Shown in pieces: positions 1 to 13,082 of a stretch of 64,000 nt of DNA. The translations under genes and the position numbers were made by a program. The notes below the pieces were generated by a model. The model saw only the letters and a program-made list of their open reading frames with translations. It had not been told where the DNA came from and did no database searches. How positions within the stretch are numbered: position 1 is the first letter of the stretch; every line of letters starts with the position of its first letter. Origin of the DNA: Felis catus (Eukaryota); the NCBI RefSeq assembly GCF_018350175.1, contig NC_058368.1, positions 196,294,001-196,358,000 of the forward strand, in the 5' to 3' direction.

Positions 1-857
1 GAACAGAAGACCCTAGTACTTGTCGGGACCCCTGACAATCAGACCCCCTAAGGAGTCCAGAGTAGAGGGGGGTGCGGGTTCTGTGACTGTGCTGTTTCCA
101 GAAGGCCCCCAGAAACTGTCTTCTGTCTGCTGAGACCCACGGGCACGCCCTGGGCTCTGGGCAGCTCGGGGTAAAGGTGGGGAGGTTTACTTTAGAGGAA
201 GTTGTTTTGGTAGCAGGAGCCTCTCCCCATCCCTGTGTAGGAGAGACTTCTCCCAAATGGCCCAGGGGGAAGTGTGACTGCGGGTCCTCATCCCCATCTT
301 TCAAATGGGGAAACTGAGGCCCAGAGGATAAGAAGCTGGTAGCCAAGCTGGGCGAGGCCCCAGGTCTCTCAAGCCCCCCCTCGAATGCTCCCCGTGCTCA
401 CCTGGCTTCAACGTCAGCATTCCGGGCTGGTTCAGGCGAGGGAGAGTGGTGAGCCCCCGGTGGGCTGACAGCCAGCAACTCCCAGGACACCGAGCCTGCC
501 AGGCAGCCAGAAAGCAATTTCCCAGTGTGAATCTTGCTTTTCACGGCCCATTAGCACGTTCCCACATTCTCAGCCATGCTGGACCCACTCTCACCGTGCC
601 CTCTCCATCTGTCTGTTGGAGAGCAGGGCCTCCCTGCCTGCCTGTGCCCCCCCCCCACCCCCCCCCCCCGCCCCCACAGGGGCACGCTGCTCTGCCCTGG
701 GGAGCAGCCCTTCCCCTCCTCACCGTGGCCCCCACAACCTCTTCTCCTGACTTCCTCCTTCTCTGAGCTTGGCAAACGGGGTCCATTTTGTTTCTGATGA
801 AGCCAGCTGTTCTCATCACTTCGTAGATAATGATGCCTATAAAAGGCGACGTTTCTT

Positions 858-1060
858 GAGCATTTACTAGACTCCAGGGACTGTGCTAAAGCTATTGCAT
901 ACCTTATTATCTCATTGAATCCTTGAAACAACTGCACAGGGTGAGTACTATTCCTGGCTACACTTTACAGGGGAGGAAACAGGCTTAGTGAGGTTAAGGG
1001 GCTTGCTGGTGAGTGGCGGCACCGTGATTTGAACTCTGGTTGGTCTGGTTCGGGAATGCC
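858..1060 (-). mobile_element. MIR SINE (degenerate)
   Basis: ctcattgaatcct...tttacaggggaggaaacaggcttagtgaggttaag resembles the reverse MIR core. Confidence 0.7.
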
Positions 1061-1073
1061 TGTTCTTCTAGAA

Positions 1074-1256
1074 CTTCGCCATCCAACACGGTGGTCACTA
1101 GCCACGTATAGCTGTTTGAATGAAATAAAAAATTCCGTTCTTCAGTCCTCCGAGCCGCATTGCAAGTGCTCTATGAGCATATGAAGCTAGCGGCTGCCAC
1201 GTTGGACGACACGGAATATTTCCACCATCCCAGAACATTCTGTTGGACGGTGCTGG
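1074..1256 (-). mobile_element. MER3-like hAT-Charlie DNA transposon fossil
   Basis: tccaacacggtggtcactagccacg...gctagcggctgccacgttggac...ttctgttggacggtgctg; internal inverted repeats. Confidence 0.7.
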
Positions 1257-3555
1257 TGTAGAATATTAAAGATGGCGAGGGCTCTGTGCTATTTCGCCTC
1301 ATCCACACCCCAACTCCCGTGCTGCAGATAAAGAAGGGGAGGCCTGTGTTGGGGCAGACCCCTGCCCAAGACCTCCCAGCAGGGCTGAGAGCTGCGATTC
1401 TGTCCCTTCTGGGTCTGTCTGTCTCACAGACACACCCCTCCCTGACCACGTTCTGTGACCTGCTTTCCCTTCCTCTCGGGACCCCTGGTCACTCCCTTCC
1501 ACGCTGACCTCCCCATCTTGGCCTCCTCCCCTCTCTGCCCTGTCCTGTTTCCAAGCTCCTGCCCATCGACCTGCCGGCCGGATATGATTAATTCCCACTT
1601 TACAGGGCTGCTGTGTTCAAGAAGGAGCTTAGTGGTGCACATGCATTTGAAAGGAGGATGCCTTCTGGGTACGTGGGAGGCTGGTGCCCTCTGGACCAGT
1701 AGCTCTGAACTGGTTTTGATAAACTCCTCCCTCTGAGCTGCTGCTAAAAGCTGTGCATCCTTGCCCCAGAAAAAAATGCACATACCTACTTTCAGAGGCG
1801 CAGGATGTCCTTCAGGGGGTACATGGCCCCTGCAGCAGCCCTCCCCCTGTTAGAACCTAGTTAGGACCCCCAGCTAGAAGCTGAGACTTACCCAAAAGCT
1901 TGGCGCTGTGTTCCAGGGAGGAAGTTTAGCGAATGTGCCTTCTACTGTTTTATAGCTGTGGCTCCTAGGTTCTCAGCTCCTGAGGCAGAGCCCAGGTTCA
2001 CGTGCCTGTCAAGCCACCCTGCACAGAAGTACATGTGCCAGCCCCTTCAGTGCTGATGTCCGGAGACAAGGCATCTAGGAGGACTCCCGCAGAGGGCAGG
2101 AAGGACAGCCCAGTTGGCTGGGAAACTATCACCTGAACCCATGTGTTCAATGAAAATACAGATCCCCTGTGCCTCTGCCCAGAGGTTCTGATTTGGTCGG
2201 TCTGGATGGGGCCTTGGAATATGTATTTTAAAAATACCCCCAGGGGATTCCTGAGCAAGCAGTTTGGCAACCATTGGTCTAAGGTCTTTACCTGGAATGG
2301 ATTTTTTTACTTAGTTTTTTCTACTTCTTACTTAGCATTTATTTCTTTCGTGGAGAAATTATATCTATCCCTCTTTTCCTGTCTTCCTCCCACCACCCTT
2401 CCATCCCTCCATCCCTCGCTCCCACATTAATTGAACTCCAGGCTCCAGACCGGACATGGGCTAGATGCTGGTCACTGGGGCAAGACTCCGCCCTGCACCC
2501 AGGAGCTTACAGCCTCTCTCCTTCCCTGCCCCCTGATCTCACTGGGGCTCTCCAACCTTTCCCAGAGGGGCCACCTTAAACACTCTGTCCCTTGGGGCCT
2601 TTGGGAATCGTGGACTCCAGCTGGGCAGGGACCTGAAGGTCTTTAGGCCCGTCCACCTGTCTGTCTGTCATCTCTTTGAGAGATGAGTTGTGCCCTACCT
2701 TCTTCAGATGCCTGTTCCTATTCCTAACACTTCTGATGGAAAATCCCCTTCCCCGGTCTCGTTTCAGTCCCTCCCACTGCGAATTCAACCCACCTCCTGT
2801 TTCTGCAAGTAACATTTATGGAAGCCCTATGGGCAGTAGACATTGGGTTCCCCGGGCACAGGCAGGTGGAGCAGCAAGTGAAAGTCCTGGCCCTCAGGAA
2901 CTTACCGTCAGGTGGGAGGGACGGGAGGAGCAACCAGCCGTGAACTTGGGCTAGATGGGTGGGTGTGGAGTGCTCTGGGAGCACAGGCCAGGCACCCAGG
3001 TCTTGCTGCTTTCCTGGGTGTGTGTGTAGGGGGGGGTCGGGGTGGGGGGACAGCGTGGTGCCCACCTCAAGGAAGGTCCATTGCTGTGTGAGACTTTCTA
3101 CTTGCCCAGGAATTCTGGCCTTCTAGGGCTTTCCTAGAGGTCGCATTTCCCGGTCTCCAGCCCCCTCCTGGCACTTTCTTCCTCATCCCTCCTCAGTCTC
3201 CCACCCTCTCCATTCATGCTGCCCAGACGTGAAACCAGTGACACCGGGCCCAGGGTGTACGTAGGGAGGGTGCCTGTGCCAGCCTGCAGGCCTCCTGGGC
3301 TTGGACCTACCCGTATGCTGAGGATAGGGCATCAGCGTTGGAGGATGTGGCCACGTCAGGAACCTGGGTGTGGCGGGCTCCCTTGGTGAGGGAGAGCAAA
3401 TACCAGAGTTCCAGACCTAGCTCTGCCTACAGCTAGCTTCGTGAGTCTTCTACGCTGAGCTCCCAGAGTCTTGAGCTCTACTCCTGACTTAAGGAACCCG
3501 ACTCTGCATTTCGATAAGACACCCTGGTGATTCACATACACCTTAAAACTGGGAC

Positions 3556-3790
3556 GGGCACCTGGGTGGCTGTTGAGCACTGAGGGTTGACCCTTGATTT
3601 CATCTCAGGTCTTGATCCCAGGGTCTGGGACCGAAGCTCACGCTGGGCTCCGCGATGAGCGTGAAGTCCGCTTAAGATTTTCTCTCTTTGTCTCCCTCTG
3701 CCCCCACCCCCCACCCCGCTTGTGCATGGTCTCTCTCTCTCTCTTTCTCTCAAAGACAAAATAAAAATTAAAATAAAATAAAATAAAATT
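3556..3790 (+). mobile_element. CanSINE (older)
   Basis: gggcacctgggtggc head, (CT)n, (TAAAA)n tail; approximate TSD aaaa(c/t)tggga. Confidence 0.88.
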
Positions 3791-3959
3791 GGGAAAACCT
3801 GCCCAGAGACTCACTTCTTGCCTTTAGTCTGTGGTTAGGGGGCTAAGGGTGGTTCCTACGGTCAGTGTCCAGCTCCTTAGGGGCAGGGAAGGTTTATCGT
3901 CTGTGACATGAAGGAGTTGGACCAGATGACCTTTGTGGGAGGGGGTATGACATAGTTCT

Positions 3960-4170
3960 TGGCTACAAGATCTAACCCTCAAACTAGTTTTGTTTGGCCA
4001 GATCCTCTGTTTAAAAAGATTATTTTCAAGAGTAAGGTGCCAGTCTTTAAAAATTGGGAATTTTCACATACATATCCAGACTTCTGGCTTTTCTCAAAAA
4101 GTTGAACAATCTGGGACATGGGCCACACTCCACATGGCAGTAATCAATGTCCCCATGCAAGCGCTGAAAC
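3960..4170. mobile_element. MER102-like hAT fossil
   Basis: ttaaaaattgggaattttcacatacatatccagacttctggcttttctcaaaaa; similar copies at ~30070 and ~50300. Confidence 0.6.
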
Positions 4171-4264
4171 TTATCCCTCGCTCCAGATTCTTTTCCCAGC
4201 CACTGATACTTTGAGGGTCAAGTCTCAGAAGCCTCTTAAAACATGTGAAAAGAGGCTCGGCCTT

Positions 4265-4670
4265 AATCAATATGAGACCCACAGATCAAATCTACGCTTA
4301 GTTGCCATTTTCCACCTGTCTCACTAGCAAAGACAAAAAAGCTTGATGATACACTGTTGACGTGGGCGAGGGAAAGGGTCCCCTCACATACTAGAGAAAG
4401 TAGGTTGGTACAATCTCTAAGACGGATAATCTCTCATTATCTGTTGAAATTACCAATAACACCTACCCTTTGACCAAGGAACACCGTTTCTCAAAGTTTA
4501 TCCACAGACAGCTGCACACAAGACAAAAGTAATTCTAAGGCACACATAGAAGGTTAGTCATTGTTTGTAATATGGTTTGAACTAACCTAATTGCCCAGTG
4601 ATAGGGGACTGGCTAGGCAAATTATGGGACAGCCATATGAATACATAACGAGGAGCTCTTTATGTGACGA
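4265..4670 (+). mobile_element. Ancient L1 (L1M-type) 3' fragment, interrupted by SINEs and apparently resuming at ~5180-5370
   Basis: A-rich sequence with cacctaccctttgaccaagga and aacctaattgcccagtgataggggactggcta. Confidence 0.6.
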
Positions 4671-4671
4671 T

Positions 4672-4889
4672 TTGTTTTTTGTGTTTTTTCAAGATTTTTA
4701 AAATCTTTGTTTATTTTTGAGAGAGAGAAAGAGAGAGAGAGAGAGCAGGGTAGGGGCAGAGAGAGGAGAGAGAGAATCCCGAGCAGGCTCTACACCTGGT
4801 GTGGGGCTCGAACCCACGAATTGTGGGATCATGACCTGAGCCGAGATCAAGAGTCGGATGCTCAACCAACTGAGCCACCCAGGTACCCC
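4672..4889 (-). mobile_element. CanSINE
   Basis: T-rich tail, (GA)n, tcatgacctgagccgagatcaagagtcgg...gagccacccaggtacccc. Confidence 0.93.
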
Positions 4890-4955
4890 TCTTGTAACAT
4901 ACACAATTTGGAAAGAGTATCTCCAAGATATCTACCGAAAAAAAGGTAGGGTGAA

Positions 4956-5175
4956 GGGGTGCCTGGGTGGCTCCGTCGGTTAAGCGTCCGACTCTTGGTT
5001 TCTGCTCAGGTCATGATCCCACAGCTTGTGGTTTGGAGGCTCGGGTCAGGCTCTGCGCTGACAGCACAGAGCCTGCTTGGGATTCTCTCTCTCCTTCTCT
5101 CTCTCTGCCCTTCCCCTGCTCACCGTCTCCCCCTCTCTTTCTCAAAATACATAAATAGACTTTAAAAAAAAAAAG
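4956..5175 (+). mobile_element. CanSINE
   Basis: ggggtgcctgggtggctc head, (CT)n, poly-A; approximate TSD aaaaaagg(t)agggtg. Confidence 0.93.
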
Positions 5176-5485
5176 GAGGGTGCAGAATGGTCTGCAAGTT
5201 CCAGTACCTTTGTGTGGGGGAGAGTATTTGTGGACAGCTGCTCAAGGACCTGGTAACACTAGCTGTCCCTGGGGACGGGACCTCGGAGACTGGGGTACAG
5301 GGGTGGGAAGGAGTCTTTCCAATCTTTTGAACTTTGAACCGAGTTGATGTGTTACCTACTCAAAGAATGAAAAAGTAAAATCTTTCAGAGACCGGGATGC
5401 TATGATTCTCACACTACACGATTCTAATGTTTTACAACTTGGAGAGCCCGACTTATTACAACTCTGCAAAGTTCGTCTCTCGTGA

Positions 5486-5797
<312 letters not shown>

Positions 5798-8216
5798 TAG
5801 CAGACCTATGCCTCGCCCGCCCTCTGGGGCTCTCGCTACCCTCTACCCCTTGGGTTAGAGCCAGGACCTGGGTCTGTCCCCCTGGGTGATGCTGCAGGAG
5901 GGAGCTGCTTCCTCCTGTGGGTATTATGAGCGCAGACCCCTCCATTTTCCTTCCTTCGGGGATCTAGACCGGAGGCCATGGCCTCTCTGCCTCCCACCCA
6001 GATGAAGGCAAAGGCTCCAGGTAGGACTTCCTTTCCCCATTTTTCTGCTACTTGCTCCCTCTCTCATCTCCAGACCTCTGCACCCACCATTCCCTCTGCT
6101 GGGACTCCCTCACCTGGCTCCTTTTACAAGCCTGATCCTTTCTAAATCTTCAGGTCGCAGCTCAATGTCCCATCCTTTGAGAGGCTCCCCTGACCCCCAA
6201 ATCTGAGGGGTCTCCCCTATTTTATGTTATTACTGTTTACCTTTGTGGCTTTACCCCAACCTGGACTTATCCCATTGACTGACTTGGTCCCTGATTTCAC
6301 ATCCATCTTGCCTCTTGGCTCTAAGCTCCAAGAGGGTAGGGATGGGTCTCAGTCCCTGCTATCCCCAGTACCTAGGATAGCACCCAACACATCCCAGTGC
6401 TCTACCAGAGGCCAGCGAACGCCAAGTACATTCTGCTTCAGCCACGCAAATCCACTCTCTTATCCCTAAATTTTCCCTAGAACGGTGGCTCCCCAAACTG
6501 TCCTCACCCCGGGACCCCCGGAGAGCTTCCAAAACTCCTGATGCCTGGCTCTTACCCACCGAGGTTGTGATTTAATCCGTGTGAGGTGGGACCTGGGTTT
6601 GGAAGAGATCCCTGGGTCATTCCAGTTCGGAAATGGTCCTAGACAAGCAGCATCCGCGTCACCAGGAGATCGTTAGAAAGGCTTCTTGTTTCTAGACTTA
6701 AGGAATCAGGATGTGCATTTTAACAAAGTGCACTGGTGATCCGTGTGGACACTGGAACTTGGAAAGCCTGCCCAGGAGTCTTGCTTCTTGCCCTGAGCAC
6801 GTGATTAGAGCGGGAAGGGCAGTAACCATAGTCAGTGGGTTGGGGAAGGTTATCTTCAAAACTCCAATTCCTGCTCTGAATGGTGTCTAGCTGCCTTGGG
6901 GGTCCCCTGGAGGCGAAGGGAATTCTGTTGGGTGAGGCGGGTGCAGGTGTAGCCTGGGGGACGTCGAGCGAGGGGCTGGCATGGTGTCCAGGGGGTTGCC
7001 CGGCATAGGCAGCAGCTGCTGCGTCTGGGCTGGAGCCCAGCAGGTGTGGGGTTCACGGAGGCTGTTACAGGATGTTCACATTGTCCCCCGCAGGCCTCCC
7101 AGCGGGCCCTGTGTTGACCATGTGTTGCTGCCTTTCATCCCCCGGCTCAGTGCCGCTGGGAGCCCAGCGCTTTCTCCTAGTCACTGAGTCCCCCCATAGG
7201 CAGCCAGTGTCCTGCTGGGAGAAGAGGCTGGGTGTATGTGTGTGTGTGTGTATTCTCTGAGGGTCCCTGAACCTGCCAGGATGGCACACATTCAGCTTGA
7301 AAGCTGGTGTGGAAGGGTGACACCTGTGGAAAGTCCGGAGCCAGAGCCAGGGGCAGGGGTCAGGGCGGGCAGGAAGGCCACAGGAATGCTAGGGTTTGCC
7401 TTGCATGCTGTGTGACTAGTGGCACTCTAGTGCCCTCTCTGTGCTTTATGTCTCTAGTGATCAAAGGAGACGTCCCAATCCCTGAGACACAGTGGGGGCA
7501 AGATTAGAGCCATGACTCGGGATGGCAAGTTGAGGTAGCTCCAGAATGAGGGAGGGTCAGGAACCAGTGTCTTCCCTTGATGCTGGGGCTCTTGGGCAGT
7601 TCACTGCCCCCCCCCCCCCCCCACACACACACACACACACTGACAGGAAGAGACAGATGTTTATGGGGGAGAATGGAAAGGGCATTGCCTCCTTTCTGGA
7701 AGGTAGGACTAAGCATTCCTCGGGCAGTATAGACTCTGGGCCATGCCAGGAGGAAACTGCCAGGCACCCTGTCATTCTCTGGCGATTTGCTGAGGCTCTG
7801 ACGTCCTTAGAGGAAGGTGGTCCAGGCCTAGGTGAGCGTGGAGGGTGGGAGTGGGGAGGCTCTCCGGGGAACCTTCTCAAAGAAGTCTGCCAACTGCCAA
7901 CGCTCCTGTCCCCAGCGGGAGGGGAGGAGAAGAGCGGCTCTTCACAGGTTTCTTTGTTTGCCACTCATGGTGCCCGGGGTGGGGAGCAGTGTGATGCTGA
8001 ATATTTGGCAACGTACCCTAAGCTTCTCCTGCTGGCACTCCCCGTGACTTTGGCAGCTCCCCGCAGGGGCCATGCCCACCCGGAGCATCCGTCCTCCCCT
8101 GGGCGGGGGCTGTGGCTTCCCCTTCCCCTTCCCCTTCCCCACCAGGGTCAGCCTCTCCTGCTGTTGCATGGCTCCCCAGCCCAGGAGATGTTTTCTTGCA
8201 TGTATTTTAAAACTAC

Positions 8217-8431
8217 TCTTTTAAAAAAAGAAATGTTTATTTATTTTGAGAGAGGGAGAGAGAAAGAGCGCAGGGGAGAGGCAGGGAGAGGGAGGAGAGA
8301 GAGAGAACCTCAAGCAGGCTCCTTGTCAGCGCTAAGCCTGACATGGGGCTCAGACTCACGAACAATGAGATCATGACCTGAGCTGAAGTCGAGAGTTGGA
8401 CGCTTAACCGACTGAGCCACCCAGGCGCCCC
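8217..8431 (-). mobile_element. CanSINE
   Basis: tgtttatttattttgagagag...gactgagccacccaggcgcccc; TSD aaaacta. Confidence 0.93.
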
Positions 8432-8721
8432 AAAACTATTTTAAATAAGATGCTTATAGTATAAACGGTTCCAAGGAGCCATAAAGACATGGAACAGAAA
8501 GTACAAATTTTGCCTGTCCCAAGCCCTGCTGAATCCCCTTGGGAGCGGTTAAAAAAATGCAGCTGCCCTATTTCTACCCTGGAGGGTTGGATTCAGTAGG
8601 TGAGGCCCAGACTCCTATCAGCAGTGATGATAGCTAGTATATGCCCAGTGAGAACTCCCTGCCGGGGGCTCCAGATGCTTCCTAGCCCCAGCCCCACCCA
8701 GCACACAGAAAAAAATCATTA

Positions 8722-8905
8722 GGGGCGCCTGGGTGGCTCAGTCGGGTAAGCAGCCGACTCGTGATTTTGGCTCAGGGCACAGTCTCCTGGTTCGTGAGCT
8801 CGAGCCCCATGTCGGGCTCTGTGTTGACCATGCTTGGGATCCTCTGTTTCCCTCTCTCTCTCAAAAATAAATAAATAAGCATTAAAAAAAAAAAGAAGAA
8901 GAAGA
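8722..8905 (+). mobile_element. CanSINE
   Basis: ggggcgcctgggtggctcagtcgg head; A/(GAA)n tail; TSD gaaaaa.tcatta. Confidence 0.93.
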
Positions 8906-9769
8906 AAAATTCATTAACATTTTAGGGCACACTGGGCACATGGATGTGGCTGGCACAGCCAGGGGAGACTGACTGGGGTACAGACACCTTCACAGTACCC
9001 ACTCTCTATCCGAGTGCTCAGGGGTCACTTCCTTGGCTCCCTGGCGACCAGTCCCAGGACGCGGCATGAGCTCATTCAGGCTACCCCTGAGGTCCGTGAT
9101 GGGAAGTAGGCAGTAAGACACATCTCTCCCATCTTCCTCATCTTACTCCCCACCCCTGCCTGGCACTGTTGCTCCTTAGGATTATTTCTCTAACCCCCCC
9201 CCCCCCAGGATCAGGAACCCTGTTCAGGCCCTACAGAGGGTGGGGGCATTTCCTCTTGCAAGACTCTGAAGTCTATTTTTTCCCCCTGGTTCTTGTCTTG
9301 TGCCTCCGGCCAGAGTCCCACTGCCCACCTGCCTGCTGGAGCCCACCCCCTCTGCAGGCACAGACTTCCAGCCTGCCCCCATGCTCTGCTCTGTCTTGCC
9401 CTGCCCTTCTGGTGCTATCTGGCCCCAGGAACCTCACCCTGAACCTTACTTCCACTCACCCTTGCCTGCCAAGCTCCTGGGCAAGGTAGGACCCCTTAAC
9501 CCCAACACCCTGGAGGTCTGCCCCCAGGGAGGGGGGGAGAAGGTTCACAAGGTATTGTAGTGGGCATTGGGGCTAATCCTTCCAGGTACCTGGGCAGGAG
9601 GCTTCACCATTGTGGGACTATATTGAGCTGGATGGATTGATTTGTCAATTAATTAATTATAAGAATGGGAGGCGATATATAGTATAGTAATTATTAACAT
9701 GGGCTGAAATCCCAGCGCTGCCATTTCTTAGCTATGGGACTTTGGACAAGCTGCTTAGTGGCTCTGGGC

Positions 9770-10270
9770 CCCAGGAGCACGGCAGCGACTGACAGACAAG
9801 GTCTTGCTCTCACCGCACCCATTTTCTAAGGGGGAAGACTGAAAATAACACTGAACATATAAATAAACTGGATAACTTCAGGTAGCAAGGAGTGTTATAA
9901 AGAAGACAGGGCAGTGGGAAAGTGATGGGGCAAGGGGACACTCAGAAAAGGCACCTCTGAAGAGGTGACGTTGTGCTAGACCTGCCAGGGGAGAAGGAGG
10001 CAGCCATAAGAAGACCCAGGAGAAGAGCATTCTAGGCAGGAGGCACGGGGCGAATGCAAAGGCCCGGGGGTGGGAAGGGGCTTGGTGTGCCTGAGGTCAG
10101 AAAGGAGGCGGCCACTGTGGCTGAAGCTCCAAGGCCGAGATGAGGCAGGACCCAGCAGGGTCTGGCTGGTTGTGGTGAGGAGTTTGGATTATAAGTACAC
10201 TAGGGACTGTTGACGGGTTTGAAGCCAGGGAGTGACAGCAACTAATTCATATTTTAATAAGAGGTTCTTC
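9770..10270 (-). mobile_element. L2 LINE fragment
   Basis: ctctgaagaggtgacgttg...gaagagcattctaggcagg...tgcaaaggccc...; similar fragments at ~12270-12700, ~23020-23420, ~27470-27870. Confidence 0.65.
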
Positions 10271-10367
10271 GCTGCCAAGGACTATTGGCTGCATTAGGGA
10301 CAGCATCCAGGAGCAGTTCCTCAAAGCTCTGAGTACTAACAAGGCTTGACCACCCCACTGAGTGATT

Positions 10368-10604
10368 CAAAAAAAATTTTTTTTTTAATGTTTACTCATT
10401 TTAGAGACAGAAAGAGCACAAGCAGGGGAGGGGCAGAGAGAGCCCAAGACAGAATCCGAAGCAGGCTCCAGGCTCTGAGCTGCCAGCAAAGAACCCGATG
10501 CGGGGCCCGAACCCACGAACCATGAGGTCATGACCCACGAACCATGAGGTCATGATCCGAGCTGAAGTCGGACGCTTAACCGACTGAGCCACCCAGGCGC
10601 CCCC
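10368..10604 (-). mobile_element. CanSINE (SINEC_Fc type) with internal 22-bp tandem duplication
   Basis: TSD GAGTGATT at 10360-10367 and 10605-10612. Confidence 0.94.
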
Positions 10605-11566
10605 GAGTGATTTTGATAAAGGGATTGTCCTTTTCATCACTGGGCCTCAGTTTCCTTACCTACATAACAGAGCAAGTCCTCAGAGGTCAAGACAAACACA
10701 GTCCCTACATTCTTCGAGGAACGTTAGAAAATAAAAGCATTTCACAGTTACGAAAACCATTGGAAAACCTATATGTTTACGTAAATTCAACAAATTAATG
10801 CTTCTAGCGCTGGAAGTTGCAATGCGGTGTGATCTGGGCATCCGGCTCTTCTGTGTGGGAATCGGCCTGTCCCCACCCTGGAAGATATGAAAGGAGGCTG
10901 GGAAGGATGGGGGGACCAGGGGAAGCCCCCCCCCCCACCCAGTGTGCACAACCTCCCCTCCCCCAGCCTGTAGTCTACCTTCAGCTGGGGAGCTGAGCTT
11001 ACGCTCTATGGAAACAGGATTGGACTTAATTGCTTTGCTGATGAAAAAGCCACATTTCAGTATTGATCTTGGCTTCTGCAGCCCGTGGAGGACGGCTGTG
11101 ATTGCTCTAATAGTGATTGCTCTAATAAAGAGGCAGGGGAAAGCGGAGCTGGCTGCCTGAGGACAAGAGCTGGGACTTGCTTCATCCTTATAATCTTCCT
11201 TGGTGCTTGCCTGCCCTGAAGGGGCTATTCAGGGACTGGGTTCTAGTCCTGGCTCTGCCTCTGAGTATCTGCGTGAGTTCCCTGGCATGGGCCTCGATTT
11301 TCCCATTCAGAAATTGGGGGCAGGTGGAGGTGGTGGCAATGAGTCAGGGTGCGGAGAACAGTATAGTACAGGGTTTTAAAGCTCCTCCCCGGAGTCTGCC
11401 TGCCTGGGTACAAAGTGTGGCTCCACTGATCACCACAGTTGGGATTCTGAGCCAGGTATTTAACGTCCCTGTTCCTCTGTCTCCTCCTCTGTAAAGCCAG
11501 AACGTGACAGCACCTCCCTCAAAGGGCGGTCGTAAGCACTTGAGATGCATATAAAAGTGCCCTGTA

Positions 11567-11785
11567 GGGGCACCTGGGTGGCTTGGTCGATTCAGCGCCG
11601 CAGACTTCGGCTCAGGTCATGATCTCACGGTCCATGAGTTCGAGCCCCGCGTCGGGCTCTGTGCTGACAGCTCAGAGCCTGGAGCCTGTTTCAGATTCTG
11701 TGTCTCCCTCTCTCTCTGACCCTCCCCTGTTCATGCTCTGTCTCTCTCTGTCTCAAAAATAAATACACGTTAAAAAAAAAAAAAA
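11567..11785 (+). mobile_element. CanSINE (young SINEC_Fc type) inserted into a MIR (~11355-11830)
   Basis: TSD AAAAGTGCCCTG at 11553-11564 and 11782-11793; gacagctcagagcctggagcctg body. Confidence 0.95.
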
Positions 11786-13022
11786 GTGCCCTGCACAGCA
11801 CGGGGCACATAGTAAATCTTGTAGATTTGCTGCCGGCTCCCTTTTTGTTGTTGTTGTCGTTGTTGTTTTAAATTAAGGCATCAACTACTGAACTGTGAGG
11901 AAGGCACCCAAAAGGAGATGGAGACATGCATAAAATGGGGACAGGGATGCCCACAGCACAGGGTCGTTGGGGGGATGGAAGGGGGTCATGGGTATGATTG
12001 TTCCCAGCAGTCCCAGAGTCAGTGACTATGGGGGGGAGAGGGGGCAGATTCTGAACAAGTCCTCTCTCCCTGGGGGTTTGGACAAAAGTCCTGGAAACCA
12101 GGTGCAAGAGCTCTGGGTAAGCCCCGATGCTGTCACATGCAGGTTCTGTACTGCAGATTCTTTGGGGCTCTCTGTGTCCCTGGTCCGGAGTCCCCTGTAA
12201 AGGGGGTGGCCCCTGCAAATTAATACGGTTCTTCTCCTGCAGAGCAAATACAGACTCCTTTAGAAAGGTTCGCCATTCAATGGTTTATTCTTTACTTCAA
12301 TTATTTCTTGAGCACCTACTATGTGCCAGGCATTTGGGTAGATGCCAGGGTACAACAGAGACCAAGTTTTTGCCCTTAAGGGCACGAGACAAGGTCCCAG
12401 TCCATGAGACAAGGTAGGATGTGTTGTCCAGGGGCCCTGAGAACCCAGAGGAGGGGCCCCTACCAGCCTGGCAGTCAGGACAGGCTGCTAGGAGAAAGTG
12501 TATCTGAAGACAGGTGGGATGAACGAGTGATGGCCAATGATGGCCGGGCGGGAGGTTGGAAGGGAAAGTTCCAAGCTGAGAGAACCACACGGGTGAAGGC
12601 CCCAAGCCCAAGGGAGAGGGTTGTGCAGGGTGGGTCTGGAGGAGTGCCTGTCAGTGGTTCAGTCCCAGCTGGAGCCTCATGGGAGGGGCAAGGCTGGGGG
12701 CGGGGCAGGGGCCTGCCCTGGGGGGCCCTTCCGGGCTCTGTGGTTGTGGCTCTAGGAGGTACCTCAGTTGAGAGCCCTGGGAACCAAGGCCCAGAGAGGG
12801 GAAGGGACTTCTGAGGCACTGCAACCTAGTCTCTCCCCCTTCTGCTGCATCCCGCTGCCTTTCTGGAGGACCCAGGGCCCCTGCCAGAGAGGCGAGCTTC
12901 TCCAGGCGGGGCCCAGGGGCTGCCCTGGCAGGTGCAGATCATAAGAGCCCGTGAAGAGGCAGAGATGGAGTGGGGGAAGGTTCCTCCCTCACCCGGGACT
13001 TACCTGGGCATCTGTGTTTCAG

Positions 13023-13082
13023 ACCATCAGAAGCTGGAGCGTGAAGCCCGCATCTGCCGCCTGTTGAAGCACCCCAACATCG
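13023..13082 (+). CDS. CAMK2A: CaMKII alpha exon 3
   Basis: (D)[19 protein letters not shown]; tttcAG acceptor, G|GTGAGC donor; 60 nt. Confidence 0.98.

Noticed and set aside
7546..8376. 276-aa ORF
   Set aside because: Crosses a poly-C/(CA)n run and ends in an antisense SINE; no recognisable domain; chance ORF in GC-rich intron
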